Of a stretch of 64,000 nt of DNA, positions 1 to 12,738 are shown in pieces. This stretch comes from Callorhinchus milii. Lineage: Eukaryota. The number at the start of each line of letters is the position of its first letter. The stretch's first letter is position 1. The notes below the pieces were generated by a model. The model had not been told where the DNA came from and did no database searches. It was given only the letters and a program-made list of their open reading frames with translations. The position numbers and the translations under genes were made by a program. The DNA lies in NCBI RefSeq assembly GCF_018977255.1, contig NW_024704742.1, positions 108,006,001-108,070,000 on the forward strand, read 5' to 3'.

Positions 1-181
1 GTGCATCACATGAAAGAAAAGGTGAATTACAGTATCACATGAATAATGAACGACAGGCGATCTCACAAGGCATTAACCTAATTAAGTACTTGTGATGATA
101 CTATGAACTTCAGCAGCAATGTCTGAAATCATCTTAGGTGATTAGTTTTTATAACATATGTTTCAATTTGATGCACAAGTT

Positions 182-260
182 ATAATAATCCTTGCATTTG
201 ATATAGCGCTTTTCACGTCTTCTAGACATCTCAAGCGCTTCACAGAATATGCTGTAAACG
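182..260 (-). mobile_element. tRNA-SINE 3' tail fragment
   Basis: ataataatccttgcatttgatatagcgcttttcacgtc... is the reverse complement of the SINE tail at 8520-8589. Confidence 0.8.
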
Positions 261-1098
261 TTGATTCATTCAACATTTAGTTTAACGAACACCTGCATGT
301 CAGGAATTTAATTTGACACGATGGGACTTTGGACACTTGTTAATAAATTTCCAACTCTACTTGGTAAACATATTGATAGAGGTACCAATAAGAAAGATCT
401 GCTTCTCCTCACATCAGTGGAGGAGAAGGCTCTATTTGACATTGCTCAAGTCAACTGGACCACAACATACAACAACAACCTTACATGCGTGTAATTTCAT
501 GTCGGGAGGATGTCCCATTTGTTTCAAGTTTCCAGCATTCATATTTTGCTTACATCAGAGGCTAGAAATACCAGCTAAACTTAGTCTGTACAACCATTTC
601 ATCTCAAAATATAGGATTGTGGGATGTTTTAAAATTTGGTCTTAATTTGGAAGCTGGTTTTAAGCAGTTTTTTTTTTAAAAAAGCGACCTCCAAATTTGA
701 ACTGATTTTAAGAATTTTCTAAAGTACTGAGCGACCTTGAATTTTGAGACAGATGGTCCTGTAAATTAAGATTAGGGGGGAAGTTAATACCCCAGAATTT
801 TACAGTCAGCAAATATCATTGAGCATCTTTACCAATATGAAGGTTTAAATGTGGATGATTAGAGACACAGATGGTGCAGCTTGAGGCTCCTCATTATCTG
901 TTTATGTGCTCTCACATTTTCCAATTCCATGTTTCATGTGTACATCTGGCAGAATATTATCCAACTACACCCATCCCAAAAAGACAACTGCTTAATAATT
1001 CAGTAACAGGTTTTCCAACTGGCTGGATGCTGTACATTAACACTCGACTGAGTGAAGTAAGGCCTGATTGACAACATTCATACAACATGCATACAAGA

Positions 1099-1550
1099 TA
1101 ATAATAATCCTTGCATTTGATATAGCGCCTTATCATGTCTTCAAGACGTCTCAAAGCGCTTCACAGAATATACTGTAAAGTGAATTGACTGTATTTTGTG
1201 GGCGAAACACAGCAGCCAATTGCACACAGCAGTGACCTTCAAACAGTCATGACCAATTGTTTTTTTGGGTGATTTAAAAAAAATCTTAAAAACCTTTTCT
1301 TGCCATATTACACATCATAAAACATCTATTTTAGTGAAATGCTTGACAAAAAGCTGGGCTCAGCCAGTGGCTACAAAAGTGGCTACTCCTGGAAAAGCAA
1401 TCCGTCAATCAACTAACAACCGGGTTTCTACTTACTGCTAGGTAAACAGAGGCGTGTGGAGTAAGAAACTTGCCCAAGGTTTCGCTCTGCCGGGAATCGA
1501 ACCCAGGTTTCTTGCTTGCGAGCGGTGCTCTAACCACTGAGCTACAGGAC
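1099..1550 (-). mobile_element. tRNA-derived SINE (longer variant) interrupted by a ~120-bp insert
   Basis: Tail at 1099; tRNA-like head (ctaaccactgagctacagga) at ~1530-1550; foreign segment at 1263-1381. Confidence 0.8.
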
Positions 1551-2172
1551 TTGATAAAAGTAAAAATCATTTGGTACTGTGCTTTTCATGTCAGGAAGAC
1601 ATCTCAAAGTGCTTCATAGGATATACTGTAAAGTGCAGCGACTGTGTGTTTTATGGGCGACCACAGCAGCCAATCTGCGTACAAAAATGTCCCACGTACA
1701 GCCATGAAGTGAGTGACTGATTTTATTGGAGTGATTGTTGGCCAGAACAAGATGCAGTTGTACATGACAGGAATAATAAAATAACATACTTTATTTGTAT
1801 GTAATAGTATATATTTACAGTATATTATGTGAAGCGCTTTGAGATGTCCCTATGATGTACAAGGCACTATATCAAATGCAAGGATTATTATTATTATTAT
1901 CCTATCAGCCTAAAGGAGGTAGGTTGACTATTGGGAAGTAAAGGTGCCAATTAACATGGAGAAAAGGCAGGGAGATAGAATTTTAAAATATGCAACGACA
2001 TAATAAAACAGGGAAACTGGTTCAACTGGTAGATTGGCTACCTCCTGTTACTTTGATTTGCTTTATCTTCTTAAGCATGACAATGGAGAGCTCCCTGCAA
2101 ATCGACATTCTCAATTTTAAAAAAAGTTTTCATTTATAGGAAATAAACCTCAATTCACCTGGCACTGATGGG

Positions 2173-2488
2173 ATAATAATAATAATCCTTGCATTTGATA
2201 TAGCGCTTTTCACGTCGGGAGGACGTCCCAAAGCGCTTCACAGAACACACTGTAAAGTGAATTGACTGTATATTTGTGGGCGAACGCGGCAGCCAATTGC
2301 GCACAGCAATGTCCCACAAACAGTCGTAGATTGAAAATGACCAATTTATTATTGGATTTTTTTGTTTTTTGGAGGGATTATTATTAGGCGTGTAGAGTAA
2401 GGAAACTTGCCCAAGGTTTCGCCCTGCCTGGAATTGAACTCAGGTCTCTCGCTTGCAAAGCGAGTGCTCTAACCACTGAGCTACAGGA
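2173..2488 (-). mobile_element. Full-length young tRNA-derived SINE (SINE2-1_CM-like)
   Basis: Near-identical to copies at 8275, 35756 and 51104; A/B-box head, L2-like stem-loop tail, (ATT)n end. Confidence 0.9.
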
Positions 2489-3169
2489 TATTGGTATGAA
2501 TGAAGTCCTTGCCCTTGTCAGTTTACTAAAGCATTTTTCTACATCAAAGCAGCTCAACCGGCCACCATAAAACAAATGTTAAACTGGCAGCCTTGCCATT
2601 CATCTAGAGAAATGAGCTTCAGTGGGCCTGATCCTTTTCATATACTGTACTAGGAAACAGAGTGCAGGACACGGTTTGCAATATCATCTTTTTGATTTCC
2701 TCATGCAATGCAAACAATTGTCCATTATTACTTAAAACAAATATCAATAGAAATGTTAGTTACTTTAACCCAGCAGTTAAATGGTGTTGACTGATGCAAA
2801 ATGTATTGTAGTTGGCATGCTATCTTACTCATGCAAGCATTGGAACCAGAAATTTGGTTAAATCTATCCCACAAATTTAATGAAACTTCAATGAGGAGCT
2901 GTAAAAACATTTATACAGACTTTAATTTATGCATAGTATTTTGGTAAAAACAGATTTTGCCTTCAGCTGTGAAATTCTAGAACCCCACTCAGATACTGAT
3001 CTCCTACCAGTTGTACCCAGAAGTCAAAACTGAGTTTAATATAGGAGTAAAATTCCCCAAACACAACTGAGTACATTCCATTAATATCGCGGAATAAGAT
3101 TAACCAAGTTTCTGGTCCCAACATTTGCATGAATAGGAGGACAGTGTGTCAAGAAACGTACATTTGCAT

Positions 3170-3565
3170 TGGGTTGGTGAGTTTGTGGGAGAAGCCGGGG
3201 GGGGCAGTCAGACACAGAAGTGAGAAGATGTTGATGGGAACCAAGGAGGTCGACTTCAGCCTTCCCCACGTCTAGCTGCAGAAAATGTCGGCATTTTTGA
3301 AACTTCAAAACATTAAAGGTGGAGAGGGAAGGAGCGAGGCAGAGAGACTCCAAATTGAGAGAACAGTGACACAATGGCTAAAAGCTTGCCCACCAATGGT
3401 GGGGTGGGGGAAGGAGTGGGGGAAATAACGGACTGGAGGTATGAAGTCATACAGGTGGTTGCTGAGGGGAGGGAACGGCTGGGCATTAGAATTGCAGGAG
3501 ATCACAGAAGTCGGGAGGAGTGAGACCATGGAGGGTTTTAAATGCATGGGCAAGGATCCAGAGGA
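3170..3565 (-). mobile_element. Degraded, rearranged L2 LINE fragment
   Basis: HFLQLDVGKAEVDLLGSHQHLL resembles FLQINVNKTEAIGFGSHQHLL in the L2 at 36.4 kb; PTIGGQAFSH motif also present. Confidence 0.7.
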
Positions 3566-5498
3566 TTTAATGCAGAATTCTTTCACTTTGTAGCCATTGG
3601 CTGAGCCCAGCTTTTTATCACGCATTTCACTATGATAGATGTTTTATGATGTGTAATATGGCAAGAAAAAGTTTTTTAAGATTTTTTAAATCACCCAAAA
3701 GTCCTCAAAAGTAGACAGACCACTACGAATGAGCATCTACTGACTAAGTCATCCAGCCTGGTTCACAAAAAGCTTTATCATAAAACAATTCATCTTTTTG
3801 AGTTAAACAACTGAACTTTTGGAGTGACAGGCAGTCAATCTCTTGCTTAATCCTCGACATATTGCCATTTCTAGCCGTTGCCATGTCTCCAACATCAGGA
3901 TCATGTGACAGATGAAGGAACTCTGTGCTGCCATTGCTAAACTCAACCAGGGCTGTCATCTGATTGATGAAGACTGGCAGCTGATGGGCACAATGTATGA
4001 TGGCAGAAACGTACATGTCCAAAGCTTTTAAAAGGTAGAAAATCTCAAACAGCTTTGAGCAATCGTCAAAGTCACGAGTCTCGCAACATCGCAGTTGTAA
4101 ATATTATTCTGTCTAGATTTTGAAGGATCAAAACTTAAATCTAGGTAACTGGGCTTTTGGTGGCTAGAATTTGTTCCACTGGCAGCAGAAACAGATTTTG
4201 GACAATGTTGAATGATTTTAATTGTGTTAAAGTATGGAGTGAGAAATGTGACGTGATGTAATAATTAGCCATATATTAAAATTTTATAAATTTAAAGCAT
4301 CAGTCCATAATAATGGTTACAAGTCTGAGGTTAAAAAAGCATTCACCAGACATCAAAAGCCTAGAAAGTTTACAGCACAAACAAGGTAATTGGGACTATC
4401 AAGTCAATGTTGCTGTGGATGTAGTTTCCCCACTGGAGCCAACAACTCTAACATACTATCTAATATGTTTTTCCTTCCAGTATTTATCCTTTTCTCTTTG
4501 AAATACTTTCAAATAGATTTACCTACAATAGCTTAAAAGCCTGAAACCAATCCAGATTCAATTTATTCAGATCTTTCTAGCCCAGGAACGAACACTACTT
4601 TTTGGAAGTGGATCCTGTCCAAATCTGGAGTTGCCTTGGTTCCAAACTTCAAACTGCAGTACATCTGGGATGTGAATCAGGAATTACACCATTCTTTGCC
4701 AGGTACAAGGGTTCCCTCGCTTATATTGACTTGGCAACTGTACGTTCAAAGCAGGGGAGATAAGCATATGAATCTGCGGTCATCCTTTCCCCTCCTCAGT
4801 ACATAGATTGCACATAAATTATTTGGAACAATTCACACCTTCTGCGAACAGCACAATGAAGAAGGAGCACAGAAAACAATTATCAAAGTTCCATCAGGTT
4901 CAAAGGAACATCCTCTAATCCCAATAAATTCAAGTCAACATACCTTTTCTTGTAAAGGTAAATCTTGGTGTCAACCAAATGAGTCAGCATATGGCACCTG
5001 AAAAACTTGCTACAAGTGCTACTTTAAATAATTTGTTTGTTTTAATGCACTCACAATGAAATAACATTACAGTAAGAGTACAAATATCCCGATCTCACAT
5101 CCCAATATAACAGTAATCGATTATAAACATTTTTTGTCCCCGTATCGTAATAATTATAAGTCCAGACCACTGCATCAAACACTTTGTACATGCAATATAT
5201 GATCATACTTTGGAGCCAATTACCATGAAGGACTCCCAGATCTCCCAGCATTTCCTAGCTATACGTCATAGTTCTGCATCATTATATTGTGCTTAATGAG
5301 AGTGAAAACACAGTGTGCGCTGTTATTATACCATTTGTTCTGAAGAATCATAGAATTCAACGTCCTCCTGACATGAAAGGTGCTGTACCAAATTGAAGGA
5401 TTATTCTTCCCAAATAATTTAAAACTGCCAAGTCAATTTACTGTGTAAATTAAAATCAACAATAGTTTCTGACAGAGCATTTTGTTTAAGAACCTACC

Positions 5499-5832
5499 GT
5501 GCCTTGTGGGCCAATTGGTGAAGTCCACTGCACAATGTGATAGTAATCTATTGAGACTTGAAAAGTCTAAATGTTTCATCCCTATTAGGTGTTGAGTTAG
5601 CTTGGCAATGGAGTTTCAATTGACTTCAGCCCTCCTGGGCTAGGAGGAAAATTTTGGAGGATTCCAGATCCTCAATTGCTATCCAGTGACCCCTGCTGAA
5701 ACCTGTGGATGTCACATGAGGGTAGGATTAGGCTCAGTTGTGATTGCCCAATGACTAAATAACTTGCCAACACTCTTTATTAGGTGCAAAACTATACCCA
5801 TCTAGACAGCACCTTCACAAGAGATTGGAGGA
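5499..5832 (+). mobile_element. LF-SINE-like ancient SINE relic
   Basis: Blocks tgagttagct, ctgggctagga, ttgctatccagtgacccctgctg and gggtaggattaggctcagttgtgat match the LF-SINE consensus as recalled; related copies at 33248 and 50548. Confidence 0.7.
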
Positions 5833-6021
5833 ATTCACACAATCAAAACATAAATATTCAAACAAGTGTGCCTGACATCTTAGAACCAACTTCTTATACA
5901 CAAAGAAGTTACATCCAGTTGTCAACATAAGTAATAACTTTATCAGAGATGTATAGAAAAATGTTCACCTTTAGTAATTACATCATTAGAAAGCTCTCCA
6001 TCACTGCACTATATCTAATAC

Positions 6022-7125
6022 AATACAAAATTATATTTGTAAAGTGTCCCAAGGAGCTGAACAGTCAGGGATTAGGGCCCTGGGGGGGGGGGGGCAGGCT
6101 GAAGGCCGACCACCAATGGACAGCTGAGGGTCGAACAAGATGCCTAGGTTCCTGACTGGCTTGATGAGGTGGAGTGTGCATCCATGGATGGTGATACTGT
6201 CAGCGCCTGAGGTGTAGAGGCGCTGGCGCAAGAAAATCAGGAGAGCCTCGGTCTTGCTGACATTCAACTCTAGAAAGTTGTCTCTCATCCAGGACTTGAT
6301 GTCTGACAGGCAGTCTGTCAGGACAGCAGTGGGCGAGGAGGTGGAGCTTGGAGGTTAAGGAGAGGGGTATGGATGGGGTCAAGGGAGCAGATGGAGGGCT
6401 TATAGTAGTGGTGAGAGAGGAGGGGGACACAGGTTCGAAGGTGTGGAGGGACAGATGGGTAGGGGTCGGATTGTGAGGGAGAGGTGGGAAGGGGGTGGCG
6501 GTTGGGAGGGTGGATTCGACTGAAAGGATCCCCTCGATTTTGGTCTCGGGGAAATCCAGCATCTCTTCGCAGTTGGATTTGGAGAGGATGGGTGAGGCAT
6601 GAGAGGGTGAATGAGCCAGTTGGTCATGGAGAAGAGAAGCCTGGGGTTGTCTTTGGCCTCCAAGATTATCTTGGAATAGAAAGACGATTTAGCGGAGGCA
6701 AGGGTGGACCGGTAAGTTTTTATGTGGTCCTGCCAGATCTGCCGGTGGACCGTTAAACTATTCTTTTAACCCTTGAGTGAGCAGAGGTGGCTGGTGTACC
6801 AGGGTGAGTTAAGAGGTGGTTCAGGAGGTGAGCGGGGCAAGGGCATCGAGAAGGGTGGAGAGGGAGTTGTGGAGGAGAGTGACCGAGGTGGATAAATCGG
6901 TGCGGGAGATAGGCCAGAGGGGCTGGAGGTCAGATGACTCCAGGGCAGCGGAGAGGGAATGTGGGGAGATTCTTTTCCAGAGGCAATAGAAGATGGAGGT
7001 GGCGGTGGGGAGGGGGATTGAGGACTTAAGATGAAATTGTGATCTGAGATGGCTTTATTAGTGATTGTGAGGTCCGAGACACTGAGGCCCCAGGTAATTA
7101 CCAGGTCAAGTGGGTGGCCGTGAAC
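6022..7125 (-). mobile_element. Internally deleted L2 LINE (endonuclease C-terminus, linker, RT C-terminus, 3' tail)
   Basis: Minus strand gives GHPLDLVIT...ISDH (APE-type endonuclease end) near 7040-7118 and [13 protein letters not shown]...VRNLGILFD; tail near 6022. Confidence 0.85.
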
Positions 7126-7696
7126 ATGGGTGGCAGAGTGGATTCAAGCTCATTGAAACTCAACTCACCGTTTATTTATGTTACAAACTGTGCTGAATTA
7201 AATAGGATATTCACCATTCCACACACTTTCAGAATATATACGATTCTTGGCTCTGGAGGTCTATATTTTAATGAGGGTAGAATGTTAATTTATTCATTAT
7301 TCGTTCTGTATAGCGTGTCCCTTAGGGTTTACAACATGGGAAAAAATTGGCATTTTTAATGGGGGAGAAAGACGTGCATAGAAGCAGCCTGAAGGACCAA
7401 AACAAATTGGAAAATTGCGCCGTGAAGAAAAACCCAAATAGAATTCATTATAAGGCTGTAATCATCATTTCAGGACTGTGCTAAAAAGGGAGAGATAAAG
7501 AAAACCGCACGTGGTAACGAGGTTAACCCTGTAGTTCAGAAACAGAGCTACAGGGCAAAAAGTGAACAGTTGAGTTGCTATGTCATAATGAATTGATGAG
7601 AGAAATTACCCTACATTCCTTATAGGGATAAAAAAAATGAAACTGCATTTCTTACTTTTTATTCAGGGGTATTATATATATAAATATATATATAAA

Positions 7697-7802
7697 CCAT
7701 AGAAGGCCACGGAAGACTATTTGGCCCATCGTGTTTGTGCCGACTCCTTTAAGAGCAATCTTCTCAGTCCTGTTTATCTGGCCTTTCTCCACACCCTGTA
7801 GT
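7697..7802 (-). mobile_element. CR1 LINE 3' end relic
   Basis: catagaa...ctatttggcccatcgtgtttgtgccgactc pattern typical of reversed CR1 3' ends. Confidence 0.55.
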
Positions 7803-8274
7803 TGAATAGAAATGAGAAGAATTTTTTTCGTGCAACATCTTTCTTGGGCAACGGACTTGAAACCTTCATTATTTGGAAGTATATAAAATGAGGATCATGT
7901 TTTTGTTTTAAAAAATCCCTCTTGGGATACGTCTGCCTGGGACTGAAAGAGATTTGAAGAGGGCTTTGGTAAAAGCCAGACAGGTCCACAGCAATTCAAG
8001 GCAAACTTGGAGGTATTATACACATTTTCAATCTTGTAAGCCAAAGCCTTAATGGGTAGTAGTGTGGTCCTATCTAGAAAACATGCACAAATTATGTATT
8101 ATATTTATGTTCATGCTATTTTTATGCCACAGATAACTAGCAAAATACTATGGGAGAATAATGTGAAGGGACACTTCAAATAAATCAGTTTAGGTTATTA
8201 TGCCATAAAAAAGATCTACTACACATATATTTTAAGCACTCCGAGACATTAACCTGCCTGAAGGGTGCTATATT

Positions 8275-8589
8275 GTGGAGTCCTGTAGCTCAGTGGTTAG
8301 AGCACTCGCTTTGCAAGTGAGAGACCTGAGTTCAATTCCAGGCAGGCGAAACCTTGGGCAAGTTTCCTTACTCCACACACCTAATAATAATCCCTCCAAA
8401 ACCCAAAACAATAATAAATTGGTCATTTTCAATCTACGACTGTTTGTGGGACATTGCTGTGTGCAATCGGCTGCCACGTTCGCCCACAAATATACAATTC
8501 ACTTTACATTGTGTTCTGTGAAGCGCTTTGGGACGTCCTCCCGACGTGAAAAGCGCTATATCAAATGCAAGGATTATTATTATTATTAT
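8275..8589 (+). mobile_element. Full-length young tRNA-derived SINE
   Basis: A box tagctcagtgg, B box agttcaattcc, ttgcaa anticodon-like loop, tail gcgctttgggacgtcctcccgacgtgaaaagcgc then (ATT)n; an L2-type (GTT)n tail follows to 8615. Confidence 0.92.
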
Positions 8590-8719
8590 ATAAATGCAAG
8601 TTGTTGTTGTTGTTGACACAGAAAAGAGCAACAAGACTGATCCCAAGTGTAAAGGGATAAACTGAAGATTAGAGAAACTTGAGTTTTGAAGTTGAGAAAG
8701 AAGGTAAAGCCTTGTCTAA

Positions 8720-9075
8720 ATATATAAAATATTTAACACTATAGATAAGGTGAACCTAGTATATTACCAGTACTTCAAAGTAACCCACAAAAGCAGGCTC
8801 AGGAAACATAAATTGAATTTGATCAGAAGAGAGGTATGAATGAGGAAAGCCTTTCAGCTGATTTCATCTCATTCTTCCACAAAAGTCATATATTGGAAGA
8901 AACGTATTTACTCAAGAGGTGATAAATGCTTGGAATAATATCCCAAATGAGATAATAAGAGTCCACAACATTACTGTTATTCAGAATACAATTTGATTCC
9001 ATGATGTGAGAGTTAATATACCAGAGAGATAAGCTACAGTGAGCTGAATGTTTTTTCTTATCCTTGACTCATATC
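8720..9075 (+). mobile_element. Highly degraded CR1 3' region
   Basis: tttactcaagaggtgataaatgcttggaat resembles the CR1 FTQRVINAWN motif; CR1-like tail gagctgaatg. Confidence 0.5.
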
Positions 9076-9887
9076 TTTTTACGCACCTTTTGAATATTCA
9101 TAGATTTAGTGAAAGTTACACAATAAAGCCAATTAAATCCAATTCATAATATGTCACTGGAGAAGAAGTGTTTTTAACAAAGAAACCATTGTATTGTCAT
9201 AAAGAAATTATACCCAAATACAAAATGAGCAATGTGAAAATTAATTCGCTTTTACAGGAATGGGATTGTTATCATTAGTAATTGCTCCACTCGCTATACT
9301 GTGAGTCACTGTCATCAACAATGCAAGAAATGGCAAATCAAATGAATGAAACAGAACATTACTGATTGTGTTGTAGAAATTTGTTCAAACACAGTAGATG
9401 CAAATCACACGAAGCACAAAGCAAACCAAGTTTGCCTAATTGTGGACTCAATTCCGCTTGTTAAAATTAAAACACGGACTCATGCTTAACATTGTACCTG
9501 CACAATACTATGCAAGAGTGTAAAACTAATCTAATTGCGCTAAGCTGTTCTTACTGAAAACCGTAACTTGTAATGTTATATAATGTCCATGTTGTAATCC
9601 TACTACTATCATCAACATTTTTGTTTTCTTTACTATTCTATTCAATTTTAGCACATTCTATCCCAAGCTTTGTCCTTCTTTCTTTTGTTTGGGTGACTGA
9701 TTTCGCCAAAGCCATCATCAATGCCATTCTTTAGGAGCCAATAGGAGTGCACTTCGAATGGTGGGTTGGGTCTCTCTATAGATTCCCTTCACAATTGCTC
9801 CCCACCCTCCAAAAAAAAATGAAAAGGCATTCCACTATCACAAAGTGCTCCTTCTAAATGAACTATCTGATAAACAGCTAAACTCAC

Positions 9888-10067
9888 CAATGGAGGTCAC
9901 ATCCATGTCTGAATAGTTATCAGGACTGAAATTCCAACCCAAATCCTCTGAATGGAGATCACCCATGTCAATTAGAACCACCAGGTGACCACAGCAGCTT
10001 GTACTTGATAGAATCTCTATCAAAAGAGGACCTAGTATTGATTCATGCTTCATTTGTATGTAGATAT
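9888..10067 (-). other. Candidate internal exon (180 nt, phase 1-1, one open frame)
   Basis: Acceptor tttgactttcag, donor G|gtgagt; only the frame DIYIQMKHESILGPLL...MDVTSI is stop-free; no homolog recognised. Confidence 0.3.
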
Positions 10068-12738
10068 CTGAAAGTCAAACTCAGAAAAAGTGATAATGTG
10101 GTCCGAACACTGCAGAGATAACCTGATCATTTGAGATGTGTAACTGGAGCAGCAAGCTTGATAACAGTATAAAGGTACAATGGCTGTAATTGATTGTACA
10201 TGGGTGTCCTTCCACTTACTCCTGCATGGTACAAATTACACACAAGCCTATTATAAATCATACAAATGTTGGATTGCAATTACATTCTTCTAGATTGAAA
10301 CGGATGGTATGACAAGATCCAATTTTAATCCTCAGTTTAATTACAAGAAAGTAATAAGCGTTGTAAATGTTGCAGCATATTAAATGTTGCCTCAAAATTA
10401 ATTTTAAAAAAACTCTTCACTGTGAAGCTTAAAGACTCCTCTTTTGCCATCTGTGCACTCACCATGAAAAGCCCCATTGGTGATGTCTTGGCATTGCTCT
10501 GCAAATCTTTTGTGCTTCAGGGATATTCAATCATGCAACTGATATATGCGGCTCAGTGACACGTCTCAACAACTGTGCCATTGTCCCCATAAGAGGCTCT
10601 CTAATATGAACTGAAGACTCAGTTGCGGTTATCTTGCATGAAAGGAGCCCAGAGTGGCACAAACAGGAAACCTTCACAAGCCTAATGAACTGCAAGGAGA
10701 TCACAGGCCACTCTCAACAAGCTGTGCAAAGGGTTTAGTAACACCGGCATGCAATATGCTCAGAAGTTATTGACCACTAAACATGATCAAAGCTCCAGCA
10801 TGACACAAAGGCTGACATTAAACCAAATTGCAATGGCAAGGACACAGAATGTTATCTAAATTTATTTAGAAAACAACATTTTGTTTTTGGTTCTGAATTT
10901 ATCAGCTATCCTTTTAGCCAGAACTCAAGCATGTGTTGATCAGATGTCCTATGACAAATTGTGTCTGACCTTAATGTGAGGAGAGGCGGGGGCCTTATTC
11001 TCGAGTTGGTTGGCTCCATGGTAACACACCTGTGAAACAGATATTGGTGCCTAGTATTTTTTTTAAACTTAGTAGCAGCCTCTTATTAAATCAGACAATT
11101 AAATATTACTGCAAGTGTGTATTAACTGCAGGATATGGAGAATATTGTAATTTCTTTGGTAGATTGTGTACAGGGAATATTCCATTAGTGATCCTGGTCT
11201 TCAGAGAGTTACTGATAAATTAGCATAATAATAAATATGCAGCATCTATTTATGCCATCAAAGTGGCTCCAAATTCTGACATTTTTAACCATTTATTCCA
11301 AGTTTTTAAAAATGTACTTGTGAGATGGTTTTCAAATGTCCTTTCACATATCAGATGTGCTGAATGACATGGTCATGTACATATATATGGTCATGTACAT
11401 GTGGCCACTTGGCCCAAAGCCACATTTATTCAGGTTAGTAGCATATTATTGCTATGGTGTGCTGACGGGCCCCAAGTAGCCCTATACACTCAATAGATTT
11501 TATTTAACAGCTTACAAGGCCACTTTCATGCTTAGGTACTGTATGTCTCAAGAGTTTCAACAGAAATGTGAATAAACTACTGAAGCTGGAACACCACTGT
11601 ACATTTTAAATCTTATTTAAAAATTTCTGTTACGTTTTTGATTCCTCTCATTCTATGCACCACTTTCCAACAACAAAGCTGATCAGTTGGGATCAGTTGG
11701 TCTGCTCCAAGGGGGTCAACATAGCAGAGCCGCTAATCAAAATAAAGAGGGGGCTCCTCCTCACACTCAAATATAATTAGGGCTTCTATTATTCTGTGTT
11801 TATTAATTTCACTTTTGGGTGGTTATTAGCAATGTGAATTCTATGTAGATATCCAAAAATCAATGGTTTGGGGCGTTTCACTTACGTAATGAGAAGATTC
11901 AGACACACCTGCGCACAGAGAGAGGAGAGAGGCACTCTCACACATCCGAAACGCCTCTGTCCTCTCACACATCTGTGGAGAGTCAGAGGGCGAGAGTAAC
12001 ACATGTTCAGTTGGCACACCAAGGTAGGGTGATGGGTGGGAGGGGGGGGGGGAAGAGATACTGGGGTTTATTATCGGCATTTATCGGCTAAAACTGAAAA
12101 GTAGAATTGACATTTTAGCACATTTCCCAATTGAAAGAAAGTTGATTAAAATAAATGCTACTCAAAATTTATGTTCAGGAAACTATAGTTGAAACCAAAG
12201 ATAGAAAATCAATCGACCTTCCCATTCAAAAATAAACATCTTCGAGAAATACAACATTGCTTTGGGGGGCAGGACAAATTCTCTCACCTTTCCCCCTGTT
12301 TTGGTTCAGAATTCATTTCATGACCTCTTTTTGGTTTTATGAAATACAGAGAAGTTTTGTTTTTCACGGAGAAGAATGCTCCACTTAAGAAAAATTAAGC
12401 CACTTTCAATAAATAATCCATCATTCTCCACAATTTGTTTTCCTCCTCATACCAAAGGTATTTTGCCCACAGTAATATCATTTCTATGATTAGCAACATG
12501 AGAACAGGCCAGAACTACCCTATACAATGGCGTGTACCCAACTGGAGCTAAATACAAAACGTATGCTACTTTTCAGGCATCAGTCATAACATGCTTGAAC
12601 TTAACCTACAGTGTTCCTTCAGCTGTTGCAAAATTACCACCAATTCGCCAGGAAAATCTTGCACTGTAAACTACTAACAACAAGGCCCGTCACTGCCATC
12701 AAGATGGCTTATAAAATTGACTTGAGAACAATAAGTTG

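Noticed and set aside
1263..3700. DNA transposon bounded by TIRs
   Set aside because: The interrupted SINE resumes right after the first repeat copy, there is no evident TSD, and there is no transposase inside
8275..8350. tRNA gene
   Set aside because: tRNA-like head of a multicopy SINE; it lacks a proper acceptor stem and continues into SINE body and tail
11369..11700. Short tandem duplications (atggtcatgtacat x2, gatcagttgg x2; similar ones at 15538 and 50883)
   Set aside because: Ordinary slippage or end-joining duplications; no array structure
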